DNA of 64,000 nt from Lama glama (Eukaryota): the NCBI GenBank assembly GCA_028534125.1, contig CM052817.1:56732001-56796000 (forward strand). The letters run 5' to 3'. Made by a program: the position numbers and the translations under genes. Of the stretch, positions 12,651 through 25,834 are shown piece by piece. The first letter of the stretch is position 1. Each line of letters opens with the position of its first letter. Below the pieces are notes generated by a model. It was not told the origin of the DNA. It saw only the letters and a list, made by a program, of their open reading frames with translations, and searched no databases.

Positions 12651-15624
12651 GGAACTTATTTGCTTAAGAGAATCAATATGTTCATCTCTTGACTATCATT
12701 ATATCACATTCTCCTACATCCTGGCTGTTCTTGACTATATATCTATCCATCTATTTGTCTGTCTGATGCATCCCAACAATCATGTTCCCTAGATTGACCT
12801 GAAACAGATATATTTTCCCTTTGGACAGATACAACACCTGAAAGACAGCTGCCCCCCACTTTAAAATGCTGATAGGAATCCCTCCATCTCTGTCTTGCTC
12901 CCTCCCCCTGCCAGGTACAACACATGCTGGCCATACATCTTGAAATGTACTTGTTATTTTCCTCACCCCTACCTAGATATGCTGCTATCCTTATGTAGCT
13001 ATAAAAGGAAAAGAACTAAGGGAAAGGCTGGAGAGTACTTAGGACAGACTGGTTTGATCAATTAAACTCTTTCTCTGATTGTAAAACTCCAATACTGTTG
13101 AAAATCTTTCTTTTTTTGAATATTCATGAGTATTTTGTATTACCAGAGATAGTACAAAACATTACAAAATTGATTCACAGGCATCGAGATTTTAGCCAGT
13201 ACCAACTTTTACCAATAGTTCCTCAAGAATACAAGCAGTAAGTGTTCTGGGGCCCCCACCACAGCTACCCAGGTCCTCTCTGCCAGCATACCACACACCC
13301 CAGCATGGTGTGGCCCAGTTTAATAGACAGGGTTTCCGAATAACTACGTAGTTGCCTCACTTACATAGAAGGCAATGTTTGGGTTGTAAAACAGCTTCAT
13401 TTTATAATAAAATAATTTCACACTTTAAGTGACATTTCCAAGGAGCCAAGCTCCACTGGAGATTCCATGTATGTTTTACTCTGAACAATCCCAGACAACC
13501 AGGTACATCTCATTAAAAACATTCCATAGATAGGTGACATGTGGTAAAAAAGATGATTTAGTTTGCTTGGCAGCCTGTCATTAGTTTGTACATAAGGAGA
13601 TCAGACCTAGTCACTCTGTCCCTCCCCCTCTCCACCTCAGATGTGTCCTGCTCACCCCCTATGCCCATTTGCCTCAAAGTCAGTAAATAGATTACAGACA
13701 TGTTGTTTAACCATTCATGTCTCAGCATGAAGAGACATGGGGATAGGCACATTCTCTTATATATTACAAATAAACTGACTTTTTAAAATCATATTTCTGA
13801 TTATTTTCGTACTTGTTTTTCCATCATCTAAAGATAAAATAAGAACTCCAGGAAGTAACATCCACAGCCCTCTACAATCCGTTGCCAACCACCCTACATA
13901 GCGTCAACTTCTGTATCTCTCAAGCACTTTATGATTTTGTCATCCTGAACTTCCTACTCCAAACTCAGCAAGTTCTTCCACGTATTTCCTCTTGCTTTCT
14001 CCCTTATCCTGACACACATCAGACCCTCAGTAAAGACTGATCAACTTGAGCTTGGCTGCTTATCTACAATAAGGCAAGAATTATATTCACATTTAGTAAC
14101 CTGGAAAAATAAAATTATATCCTAAAGAGTTACAAGGAACAAAGACACCCTCTTAATAAGGCTGAAATATTATCAAATTTACCTTGTTAGTAACTGGAAG
14201 AAAAGTTAATTAAGCCGATCACTTTAATTGAAAATGAAATCAGACCAAACCTAATTAAACTGTGGTACAACACAGACCCTACACACAATGAAAACATTTG
14301 TCCTACTGTTGCAGACCTTGTAAACACTGCCAGCATCCTGCTAATGCGTCATTTCCCTCAGACCCTTCTAAATACCACAAAATTTATCGATGCATATAGT
14401 GAGGTCAGGTAATGAATTTTCAAGGTCATTTTGCAGATAGGAGTAAACAGTTTCTTTTGACTCCTCCTAGATGTCTCTGCATAATGGGTTGCTTCTGCTG
14501 AATTCATTAACTTTCTCACTATGCTGTAAACTAATTTTTCTTCCTACCCTCATTATAATCTACATTTATATAACTCATATTAAATGCTCAAAACACTCCA
14601 ATAAGTTTGCCTTACTAACCCATAAAACAACTTTCTGAAGAAAATAGAGAGAGCTGTCACATTTCCCTTTTTACCCTTGAGGATGAAGAGCTGTGAATAA
14701 ATTTGCTTCTATAAAATGAATCCAGGACCCAAGTTCCTGAAATAGAGTTTGCTACTCTTCTATCAGAGTCTAAAATTTTACATAAACATTTACAAAATAT
14801 TTTCCTCTGGGTTGTTGTTATCGTGGGAGCTGCTACTTTAAAAAAAAAAAAAGGATAATCACATTGTGTGTTCAGCATGCAAGCCCATCAGAATGCCACT
14901 GGGAAGGGAAGGATTGGCTTTTGATATCCAATCTTTCCAGGGAAGTTATTCCCAGACACACCTTCTTAGCAGACCCTCTATCTCTCACTATATCTATTTC
15001 ATTCTTCTTTCTCCAGAGTTTCCCTTCTTCCTGTTAGTTTTCTATAAATCAGATTCCTGTTTAAAAAAAAAAACTTAAAATCGTGAGATAGATTTGGGAT
15101 CATTCTTATAGGAAGTCAAATAGCCAGACATCCTGTATTATGTAACATAATGTACCCTAATAACAAAAAATACTAAAAATTTAAATTGGCATTGTTTTAA
15201 GTAGTAAGAATCTAGAGTACCTTATCTTTAGCATGTGTATCATTTTAGCATCTATAAAAAACTTACTTTACTTAAGAAACCCAACGGTGGTCCATGAAGC
15301 TTTGAATCCACACTGACACCCATGCTGCAAATCCTTACATCTTTGTCTTCAATGAAATACCCAGACATCTGAGATTTTTAGTCTGCTACAGCAGTGCAAC
15401 ATCTAAGAGGTTTTCCTAGAGGACTTGTTATTAATTTAAAGTAAATTAGACTGAGTTATATGATTTCAGGGCTACAAGAGTATAGCCCCTTCTCTCACTC
15501 ATTACTCACCCTCAACCTGCTATATCCCTGATTCTTTCCAACCAGTGCTTGGTATCTAAAAATTTACCATTAAATCTTCATCTCTTTAGGGTGAAAATAA
15601 ATTTCTTTTTGGATTAGGTAATAC

Positions 15625-15761
15625 CAGAGTGACCAAATAGTTTATCATCTAAACTGGGTAAGAGTAAAGCTCTGTGAAATGAGAATGAAAGAGGACACTA
15701 TTAATAAATATGTTAGAGCAACGGAACAAAAGGCACGAGCCCAGGATGCATAGACACCCTT
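15625..15761. mobile_element. MER94-like hAT-Blackjack MITE
   Basis: Degenerate TIRs cagagtgacca...gacaccct, with internal tttatcatctaaactggg...tgagaatgaaagaggacactattaataa. Confidence 0.7.
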
Positions 15762-16913
15762 GACACCTTAACATCTTCTCAGCAACTTATGCTAAACGTA
15801 GAAGAAATGACCAAAAGAAACGTACCACTGAATGGAAACAAAAGAACTCTATCCAAAGGGGTATATAAAAAGAATAAAGAGTAATTAATCTGGACTGTAA
15901 AAGGCAAATATTATAAACTTCATATAGATTCTCTGGCTAAATGATAATCCAGCAACTGGAATTAATAATTATAATAATTCTAATAATTTTCCACTTAATT
16001 TGAAATTTAGCAACTGAAGTCAAAGATCCTCTTTATCTTTTGAAATTAATTTTAAGGGAAAGGAAGTCCCAATCAATGCCTCCTCAATATGTTGGTCACA
16101 TTGGTGTTCATTGTTATTATTCCCTTCCGTAGAAAAAAAAAGTTTATTTTATTTATTTTTATTTTAATCAGGCAAAACTTCCAACTATGCCAATATTGTA
16201 TACATAAAATCTGAGATTTTGCAAACTGTCCTTTGCAGCATGTATTATGCTATTAAATATATTTTATAGAAAATAAATAGTTTTTAAAATAAATATTATT
16301 AGTAATAGTCTTTCTGCTAATTTGCTGATTTATCCAACCTTTGAGAACCATCCAATATTTGTTTTCTACATTTATTTTATTTATCCACAGGACTTGATGT
16401 TTGTTTCCTCCTTCTACCATTCTAACAACATCAACTGTCTCACCAGAAAAACAAATAGTGTCAAACCAGTCCGTGGTACTGTGAGAAAGGAAGGCAGAAA
16501 ATGGCAGGCTCCCTACTGACTGACATAGATGCATTTCATTTGTTGTCAGGACAGATTCCCAAGGCTGTGGAAACCACAGAAAATAAATAGGCTTTGGTGC
16601 AATGAATTCCATGGTTTTCTGGAGGCCCCTGATGAAGACACATAAACTTTAAGACGTAATTTCTGTCTCATCAGTTGTGCATAAAACACCTAGGTTAGGA
16701 AGAGAAGTCAAGGATGAAGATTGAGTCCCTTTCTTTAGATTCTTGACATATACATGAATACTAGGCAAATTAAACTACGTACATGGGTTATTGGAGCACA
16801 GTAATTGGGAGACATGGTTCATTTTGACTTAAAGGACTGGGGAAGATCTCTCATACAAAGACACATGATTTAACACCTTAAAACATTAAATCTTGGTCAA
16901 TGACGAGTGCAGA

Positions 16914-17088
16914 AAGCAACAGCTTCATAGACATGTGACTTGTGCAATGACAGAAGGCAGACTTGGGAAGGGTTCCATACTGGGTTTGATGTTCCACTTA
17001 ATGATCGTGAAATACATAATAATTTTTAAATAATGGAGCTTGCATTTTAATTTTGCACTAGGTCCCACAAATTATTTACCTGGTTTTG
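16914..17088 (+). mobile_element. MER91A-like hAT-Tip100 element (lying within a diverged L2)
   Basis: agcttcatagacatgtgacttgtgca...taataatttttaaataa...gcattttaattttgcactaggtcccacaaattatttacctggttttg. Confidence 0.75.
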
Positions 17089-17684
17089 AGTGTGGGAGAG
17101 CAACTTATCCTGAGCTCATGGCAGGATTAAAAGTTACTGGGTCACAAAACCTGTCAACATTACTGGAAGATGGGGGATGTGGTGGGAGTCTATCAGTGAG
17201 AAACCAAGTTTGCAAAGAGAGGCTGTGCCAGATCACAAGGGTCTGGGTTTTAGTGTCACATTCCAGAATTTATTTTAGAACCATTCACAAGTCTGCAGTA
17301 TTTTTAAGATAAATTCTATAATTAGAATGCTGTGGTGATGTGAAAGATGGACTGAAAAAGGCAAGGAGTTCAGATAGAATGTTATTAAAATGGCCTCAAT
17401 GAAAAACAATTAAGGCTCAATGATACATAAAACCACTGAAGGCAGAGTCTGAGACACAGTTCATAGAGTGGGCTAACTGTCTGCTTCCTTGTCCTGGCAC
17501 TGTGCATGTCTCCATCCCCTTTCTCCAAAACCACAGAAAATATTACTATGGCCAAGTTATTGGGTGATCTCAATGCTTTTTCCAATTTTCTGCTGAACAC
17601 ACTCCTATAATAGTCAAAATCATCCAGAATGAAATTTTGGGTAAGATACTCCCCATAAAGCACAGCACAATTTAATCATTTTTA

Positions 17685-17785
17685 GGGGGTGGGTATAGTT
17701 TGGATGTAGAGCACATGCTTATGAGTATGTGTGAGGTCCTGGGTTCAGTCCCCAATAAAAATTTAAAAATAATGATAAAAAATAA
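17685..17785 (+). mobile_element. Short, diverged tRNA-derived SINE (Vic-1-like)
   Basis: gggggtgggtatagtttggatgtagagcacatgctt...gaggtcctgggttcagtcccca followed by an A tail; TSD aatcat(t/c)ttta at ~17674 and ~17786. Confidence 0.85.
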
Positions 17786-18569
17786 AATCATCTTTAGGGA
17801 TAAATGTTAAAACAACCATGTGAATAGACCTATCAAAAGTATTTCCACTATATTCCCATCTTCTTCAGGTTTTACAGCTGAGATAGCTTCCCAGTTTCTT
17901 TTTTCCTTCAATGGTGTTTTAATGCTTAAAATATTTTAACTATAACTCAACACTTGTTTAAAAAGCTGACTTTGATTTTGAAACAATTATATTAATTAGA
18001 AGTGATCATTTTTAGCAATGAAACACCCTGAATACATATTAAAAGTCAGAATAAATAACCAACGGCTAAAAATAAATCTTTATCTAATAGTGACTGTAAA
18101 ACATTGATTTTATTCAGAATATTGACTATGTTGTATAAAGTGCATTCTTGCTTCATTTTATATCAACCACAGCCAGAAAATTGCACAGATTGAGGATGCC
18201 ATCCTGAGCCTCAAAGAGAATAGATTTGGCCTCAAACGTAAACTCTGGCTTACCCTGCCTCGTCAAAAAGATTGGAGCTTAAAGGTTTTGCTCAATTAGC
18301 AGCCTTCTTGTCTATTTAAAATGCAGCATCTGGAATCTGAGCTTCAGGTTAACCAAATAACCATCTGTTAAAAAACTGTCAGCAGAAAACTGTTAAAACC
18401 CCTGTTTCTCTTGCAAAGTTTTCTAGAAATTAACAGTCTGGTGATTGTGACTATATGTAATTATATTTGAGTTTGGTTAATTAGCATTCCTCTGAATATT
18501 CAACACAGAAGTATTAACACAGCCAATTTTCTAACCTCTTGCCCTCTCCCATCATGCACATACCCAGAA

Positions 18570-19045
18570 ACCTTTCTCTCATTCTCTCCTCCTCACTCTG
18601 CTCCAGCAACACTGGGCTCCTTGCTTGTTTTCAAATATACACACACATTACTACTATGTCTATATATTTGTCCTGAAACGTTTGTCCTTGTGGCTCCCTA
18701 TGTCTGGGCCCTTCTCCCATTTTTGTATGGCTTGTCCTCAAGCTCTTTCAGATCTTTGTTCTAATGGTACCTTTTCATTGATAACTTCTCTGACTACCCT
18801 CTTTAAAATTGAATACCATCTTCAGCTATCCAAATTCCTGTTTTATCTTTCTTAATATAACATGTCAACATCTATTATACCTGGAAGATTTTGTTGCTCA
18901 GTTTATTGCGTGCATCCTCTTTCTACAATGTTAACTCTGTAAGGGCAGGGATTTGGGTTGTTTGTGCTCCCTGGATCTCCAGTGTCCACGATAGTGTCTG
19001 GTACCTTGCAGGCACTCAATAAACATGTCCTATTAAATGACTGGA
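18570..19045 (+). mobile_element. L2a-type 3' region
   Basis: ctcactctgctccagcaacactggg...ctacaatgttaactctgtaagggcagggattt...gtgtctggtaccttgcaggcactcaataaacat. Confidence 0.85.
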
Positions 19046-19257
19046 AGTAGTCCTATGGATTCTTTTTTTAATTCACTTTTACCCTACCAGACAGAAGCTG
19101 AACTGGCCTGCAAATCTAAATCAAAATCACAGAGCCTGATGACTTTCAAACACTGAAGTGTCAAAGTTATCAGGTGGCCCCTGTAAGTTATTTTATGTAT
19201 GCTCCCACAATGACTGTAATATATTATTACCAAAAAAAATCTTAACTTGCCATGGAT

Positions 19258-19634
19258 TGTTGTAGTCAGCTGAAGCTCCATAATAAAATACCATAGATGG
19301 GGTGACTTAAACAACAGAAATTTATTTTCTCACAGTTCTAGAGGTTAGAAATCCAAGATCAAGATGCCAGCATAATCAGGTTCTGGTGAGAGCTAACTTC
19401 CCAGCTGACAGATGGTTACCCTCTTGCTGCGTCCTCACATTGTAAGGAGAGAGACCAACAAGCTCTCTGCTGTCTCTACTTATAAGTACCCCTATACCAT
19501 CAGGAGTTTCTGACCCTCCTGACCGCAACTAAACCTAATTGTCCCCCAAAGGCACCATCACCAAACACCATCACTCTGTGAGTAAGGGCTTCAATAAGTG
19601 AATTTGGGGGAGGGATGCAACTCAGTTCCTAGTA
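19258..19634 (-). mobile_element. MaLR LTR (MLT1A-like)
   Basis: aaaataccatagatggggtgacttaaacaacagaaatttattttctcacagttctagagg...tccaagatcaagatgccagca...agggcttcaataagtgaatttgggg. Confidence 0.9.
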
Positions 19635-20224
19635 TTAACCTAGAGTACAGATCACACAAAACATTTCTTAACTTGTTTTCATGAAGTTCTTCCACAGTTG
19701 AATTCAGATGGGTGTCCCTTTTCTTCTCTCTCTCTAATTCTTTTTTTTTTTTTGTCTTCTCCATTCTCCAGGTACAATACAAAGTTATTTTGGTTTTATT
19801 TTGGTTTTCTATCCAACTGTCCTGGTCCCATCCATCCTGGATTCTTTCCCTGAGATCAAGATTATAAAGATCTTTATGGTTTCATCCATTTATTTATAGT
19901 GACATGAATTCTTACATTTCTTAGATTTCCACTCTCTTTGGAGTGAAAGGCTTTTAAATACAACAAAGGCTTCACAGGCTAATATTGCACCCCACTAGGA
20001 GCAGAACTTGATGAACTTATCATGCTAAATTGATAATTACATTTACACTTGATTTTATTTTTAAAAAAAAGTCCTCACCTAGATAACAGAGAATGTATAT
20101 GGGAAACGAGGTGACAGAACAATTTATTCTGACATATGGGTCTAACTTCCTATGTATAGACTTTAAATCAAAAAGTCAGGAAAAAAATTTTTAAAAAGCA
20201 TTTGTTATAGCTAAAACAAAAATC

Positions 20225-21990
20225 CATGCAGAAAAAAGAATTTTAGAAGAAGAGGACAGATTAAAAAATTTCTGAGACAACATTAAGACTACTAACATGC
20301 CCATTATAGAGGTCCCTGAAGGAGAAGAGAGAGAGAAAGGGGAGAGAAAATATCTGAAGACACCAACTAAAAACTTCCCTAAACTGGGAAAGGAAACAGA
20401 TGGCCAGGTGTAAAAAGAATGGAGGTCCCAAACAGGATCAACCCAAAGAGCACCACAAAAAGAGACACTGTAATTAAAATGGAAATTAAAAGGAAAAAAA
20501 AGGAAAGGAAAGGGAAAAAAAAGATAAAGAGAGAATACTAAAAGCAACAAGGGAAAAACAAAAAGGAACAAGTTACGTACAAGAAATTCCTATAAGGCAA
20601 TTTCTGCTGACTTTTCAGCAGAAACCCTGCAGACCAGAAAGGAGAGGCATGATAATTTAAAGTCATGAAAAGGGAAAATCTACAACAAAGAATACTCTAC
20701 CTGGCAAGTATTTCATTCAGGTTTAATGGAGAGATCAAAAATTTTAAAGACAAACAAAAGCTAAGAGAGTTCAGCACCTCCATCCAGCTTTATAAGAAAT
20801 ATTGAAGGGACTTCTCAGAGAAAAAAAAAAAAGGCCACAACTAGAAATATGAAAATTACGAAGGAAAAATCTCACTGGTAAAGGCAAATTATAGTAAAGG
20901 TAACAAATCAATCATATATAAAGCTAGTAGGAATGCTAAAAGACAAAAGTGTTAAAATCTTCTATATCCACAATATGTAGTTAAGGGATACACAAAACAA
21001 AAAGAGGTAAAAAATAGGATGTAAAAAGCAGTAAATATTGGGGAGGGGAGGAGGAGTAAAACATGCAGGGTTGTTAAAATGTGTTTGAACTTAAGAGATC
21101 AGCAACTTACAATAATCATGTATATACATAGATTGCTATATGTAAACCTCATGGTAACCATAAACCAAAACTCTGCAATAGATACACACACAAAAAAAAA
21201 ATTGAAAGGAATCTAGATATAACACTAAACAAAGCCATCAAATCACAAGGGAAAAAGAGCAAAAAAAGCAGAAAAGAACTACAAAATAACCCCAAACAAC
21301 TAATAAAATGGCAATAAGAACATACATATCAATAATTATTTTAAATATAAATGGACTAACTGCTCCAATCAAAAAATATAGAGTGGCTGAATGAATACAA
21401 AGACAAGACCCGTACATATGCTGCCTACAAGAGATTCATTCAGATCTCAGGAAAAAAAGACTGAACATGAAGGGATGGAAAAACGTATTCCATGCAAATA
21501 AAAAATCAAAAGAAAGCCAGGCTAGTGATATTTATAATCAGAAGAAAAAGACTTTAAAACAAAGACTGTACCTCTTGGGGAGTGATAGAAATGTCAGCTA
21601 TCTTGAATGTGGTGTTGGTTTCACTGGTGTAAACATCTATCAAAATTCATCAAATCGTACATTTGAAATATGTGTAGTTTACTATACAGGAACCATACCA
21701 CAATAAGTGTGTTAAAAAAACACTGTAGTAAGAGACAAAGAAAGACATTACATAATAATCAAGGGATCAATCCAAGAAGGAGGCAAAACAATTGTAAATA
21801 CACATGCATCCAATATTTAAGGAGCACTTAAATACATGAAGCAAGTATTAACAGAGAGAAATTGACAGTAACACAAAAATAGCATAGGACTTCAACACCC
21901 CACATACATCAATGAACAGATTATCTAGACAAAAAAATCAATAGGGAAATACTGGCCTTAGAAGACACAGTAGATCAGATAGATTTAATA
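20225..21990 (+). mobile_element. Decayed L1: ORF1 3' half, linker and ORF2 endonuclease start
   Basis: ORF1 motif VPEGEEREKG near 20310. The ORF2 ATG at 21308 reads MAIRTYISIIILNINGLTAPIK...DPYICCLQEIH. Multiple stops and frameshifts. Confidence 0.92.
21571..21717 (+). mobile_element. L1MB/MC-type 3' UTR end inserted into the L1 ORF2
   Basis: ggagtgatagaaatgtcagctatcttgaatgtggtg...tcaaaattcatcaaatcgtacatttgaaatatgtgtagttt followed by an A tail; TSD aaagactgta (21561-21570) and aaacactgta (21718-21727); the host ORF2 resumes afterwards. Confidence 0.8.
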
Positions 21991-24900
21991 ATAATAATAA
22001 TCTATAAAATCATACATATTCATTTAGCTTTCTTTTTCTGCTCATCATTTCTATCTTGGCAAGATATAAATCATACACTTCACATTACTTTATAACAATG
22101 CAAGTATTCCAAAGAATTGGAAAAAGTACCAATAAGTTAGAAGACTATCAGGTGACTTCTTTGAATCATTAGGCTCCCATACAGTTTTGCTAATCTAAGG
22201 TAAAATAGGCTTTATTTTTAATTGCTACAGAGACTAACTTGTGAAACAAGTAATTCAGCTTTTACAATATTTACCATTACTTCTGTGTATTCATTAAGTA
22301 GTGATTATGAGAAACAGACCATCAGATGATTTAATGTTCTTCCTACACTGACTCTTGTTTTCTATTTTTATGTCATTTTTGAAGTTCACATTAAGTCAAA
22401 ATTTTCCATTCATAATGCCACCAATTTTTAATGAAAAGTATAGGTGGATGAATACTACAAAATAAATTTCTTGGATGCTCCCTCTTTCTGCTCTAATCTG
22501 GAGATGGGCATGTTGTTGTCAATGTTGGCTTTTACTCTTAAGACTAGAATTTGAAATTAAACATAATTCTAAAAATCTAGAATCTATAGGGAAAGTATTT
22601 TCTAATAAGTGTGTTAGCATTAGGGTTACTAACAAACTTTTGCTTGTGATAATGGGATTTAAACTTATACCAGTCAAGAAAGATACTGGTTCTTGGTAAT
22701 TCCCATTTTTTATTTAAAAATAATGAAAAGAAACAGGGAAGCAAGAAAAGAGGAAAGTAACAAAAAAATTATATTGCATTATTGTGCTAAATTAGTCTAC
22801 TTGGATTTTTCCTCCAAGTTTCCCACTGGTGTTAAGCTCTTTTAAGAGGATAATAAGGTGCTAAATGCCATCAGTAACAGATCATTAACAACCCTAAATA
22901 CAGAAATAACATATAAGACCATTCCACTTTTTTCCCTCAGTAGTAAACTCTTCTACTGATGTTTCTTAATTAAGATCAGTGTTGTTTATAAAGACTGCTG
23001 ATCTCTCTAAACTCTCTATTTTTTAGACCCGTTATAAAAGAATTACAGACCACAGAAATACGAAGACTTCTGTCTAGCTTCTTTCAGTGTGCAGAATTTA
23101 TTTCCCAACTTGTTTTTGGGCACTGACAAAGACCTAAATGTTAAATCATTAAGAATTCCTGCTTGAAACTTTCAGCATCTTTATTTATTACAGGTTTTAA
23201 TTGTGATTCAAGAAGCAATATAAGATTGATGAAAAGGAGTAAATGTCTGAATGGTACAGTAAATGTCATTGAATTCATTTCATTTGGGGGGTTTAAGGTA
23301 ATTAATCTTACATGGTTAATATCCACAGAGGACTTGAATTGGATTGGTGAGTTTGGGGCTAGACAGGCAATGTAAAATGCAAAGATTTGGGAATCCAAAG
23401 GCCAATTAGTTATGAAAATCACAATTACCAAAAGGATTTGATTTCTTACTAAAATAATAAAGCCCAGTAAAACCCTTTGTGTAAATAATTTATCGTCCTC
23501 CACTTTTCATTCTGTGAAGTTCTGTGTATGGGTGTTAGCCCATACTTAAAATGTGCCTAAAATAATTGTAAAGCAAAATGTGACAGTGTAACACAATAAG
23601 AAATGCCTGTGAGAGCAACACAGGAAATAATAGAGTCAGTAATTTCTGTTTTAATAAGAGGAGTGGTAGGAATAAAAATGTTCTGTACTATATATATAGT
23701 CATTATAAACCACCAGATATACCAATGTCTCCCTTGGCATATTGCTCTCATCTCCTAATTACTTAATAACTTCCTAATTTACTGATGCCTTTTACACTTA
23801 CTTCATGATTTTTCCCTCTTCTTTTACTCATATTAGCTTTCCATCTTTTTTTTTACATCAATATAGATACATCTCTGACTCTTCCATTTCTGTATATCCT
23901 CACCATCATCTCAGATACTCACTTTCTTGGTAAACTAGCCCTTGCCACCACCACCAAATACACTATTTGAAATCTCAGTTCCAAGAACTCAACATCTCAT
24001 TCTCCAGTCATTTCTCCCTGTTTATCCAATGTATTAATCCAACCACAAACACACAGACACACACACACAAAGCTAGCCTTATCAGACTCTCCACTTCACT
24101 CAATTTCACCATTTTTTTTAACCAAGTGAAAAGAATTTTAAATGTCAGGAGTTGAAAGAGTAATAAAGTTCAGGCTAATGGACTCACTGTAAGTTATAAA
24201 TTCCAGGAAATAACAAGTTAAATGGCAAGAGAGGAGAGAGGGAGGGAGAATATAAAAAATACATGCTTCTTAAATGCATTCCAGGGAATAACAATCCTTA
24301 ACGGATACTTCTGAAAGCATTGGAACAACATCAAAGAAATTCTGATCATATACCTCTCATTAAAAAAAGAGAAAATTACTTTCACACATAATCATGGAAG
24401 ATGTGAAGGGAAAACAGAACAGATATGATTATATGAATAAAAAATGAGCAGAATTAATAAAATATGTGGAGTTTACCTCAATTTCAGTTTCATACTAAGA
24501 TACAGGGCAGTTTAGCTATCAATATCATTCTACTACAATTTGTTCTGGTTAGCAAAAGAATAATTTTTGCAGTTATGGCCATTTATATCTACTTTTAAAA
24601 TTATCACCCAAAATGTGATAGATATACAAGCCTCACAATCCTCTGAATCTATGTCAAATAAAATTAACAACTCTTTTGTTCAATCCACATTGTTGAATAG
24701 TTTGAAACTATTCTCATCATTTGGGGTGGAATAGCTCTTAATCGTGCTAATGGGAGGCAAGAAGTGATGAATAATGAAAGAAGTCATTGGCCTTCCTAAG
24801 TGTTAATTCCCAGGGATGTAAATCTCGGCTCATTACAAATATTTTAGACAGATTAAGGCACACTGATGAGCATTTAGCGGTATCAAGTCACAGAATGCAA

Positions 24901-25834
24901 TGTCTGGGAACCTCTGAATTCAAATTATGAAGCTGTGTCATGAGACAAGCACTAAATCTAATGAAGCTCCAGTTTGGATAGTCATATTTTATAGATGGCT
25001 GGTTTGGTTCTGGGATTCCTTGCCATAGTGATTAGGTCACATTAATGGCAGGACAAAGGCTATTAATATGACTCTGCCAGAGAAAATTTTAATGGATTGT
25101 TGAAGAGAACTTGGAGCACAGGAGAACTCATGTCAAGCTAAAAGGAATTCATATATCACTTTTTAAATAAAATCACTAGGTCTCCAGCTTGATAGTCTTC
25201 CCTTTTGTACAAACTTAAAATGTTCATATGGAAAATCAATAATTATTGAGAAAACAAATGTAAGCATATTAATGATTTTTCTAGTCTCTATCACAGAGAA
25301 TTTAGACTAAGCACAGTTAGAGATGTTTCTCTCTTGACCCTGAAATGCAGTTTAGTTACTACAACCTTCTGCGTGTTAGAAATCTAAGGGACAGTCAGCA
25401 GTTCACTGAGAAGTTTCAAGTCATAATCTTGAAGGTGTATTCATGTTGAGTTAATGATCTCAAAAGTATATTCATGGTGAAGTGAAATACTTCCCTAGGG
25501 CTTTCTGACCTATAAATAAATGTTCAATTGACTTTAAGCAGATCTAGCACTACATTTAGAAAAAATGGCACAGGCATTAGAAACAAAAATTTAACCCTCT
25601 AAGAAACCATGTCCCCCAAAATAAATGGGTAAAATAAAAATAAGTAAGAGATTTAGATAGAGAAATTCTGAGTTATCTATTTTGAACAAATAAAACAATA
25701 TACTTTCTGAAAGAAACAAAATACTATCCCTTTACTGTGTCTTCTTTAACAACATTAAGTGATTTTACCAAATGTAGGTTCATTTTAAGTTTCTTCTTTC
25801 TATGTGTAAGAAATTCAAAAGAGTCCTAAACAAG

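Larger units (their letters stand above)
11400..12730 (+). mobile_element. Old L2 ORF2-region remnant, interrupted by antisense L2 3' ends
   Basis: L2 internal-type motifs ctttcctcctcttacaactg...tgttttagaatctgtccctc (11420-11520) resume at 12190-12460 (ctcacagtcaaactgctc...tgcatttgactaagttgacca). Confidence 0.5.

Noticed and set aside
20191..20571. 126-aa hydrophobic minus-strand ORF resembling a membrane protein
   Set aside because: It is the antisense of A-rich L1 ORF1; the Phe/Leu richness is compositional.
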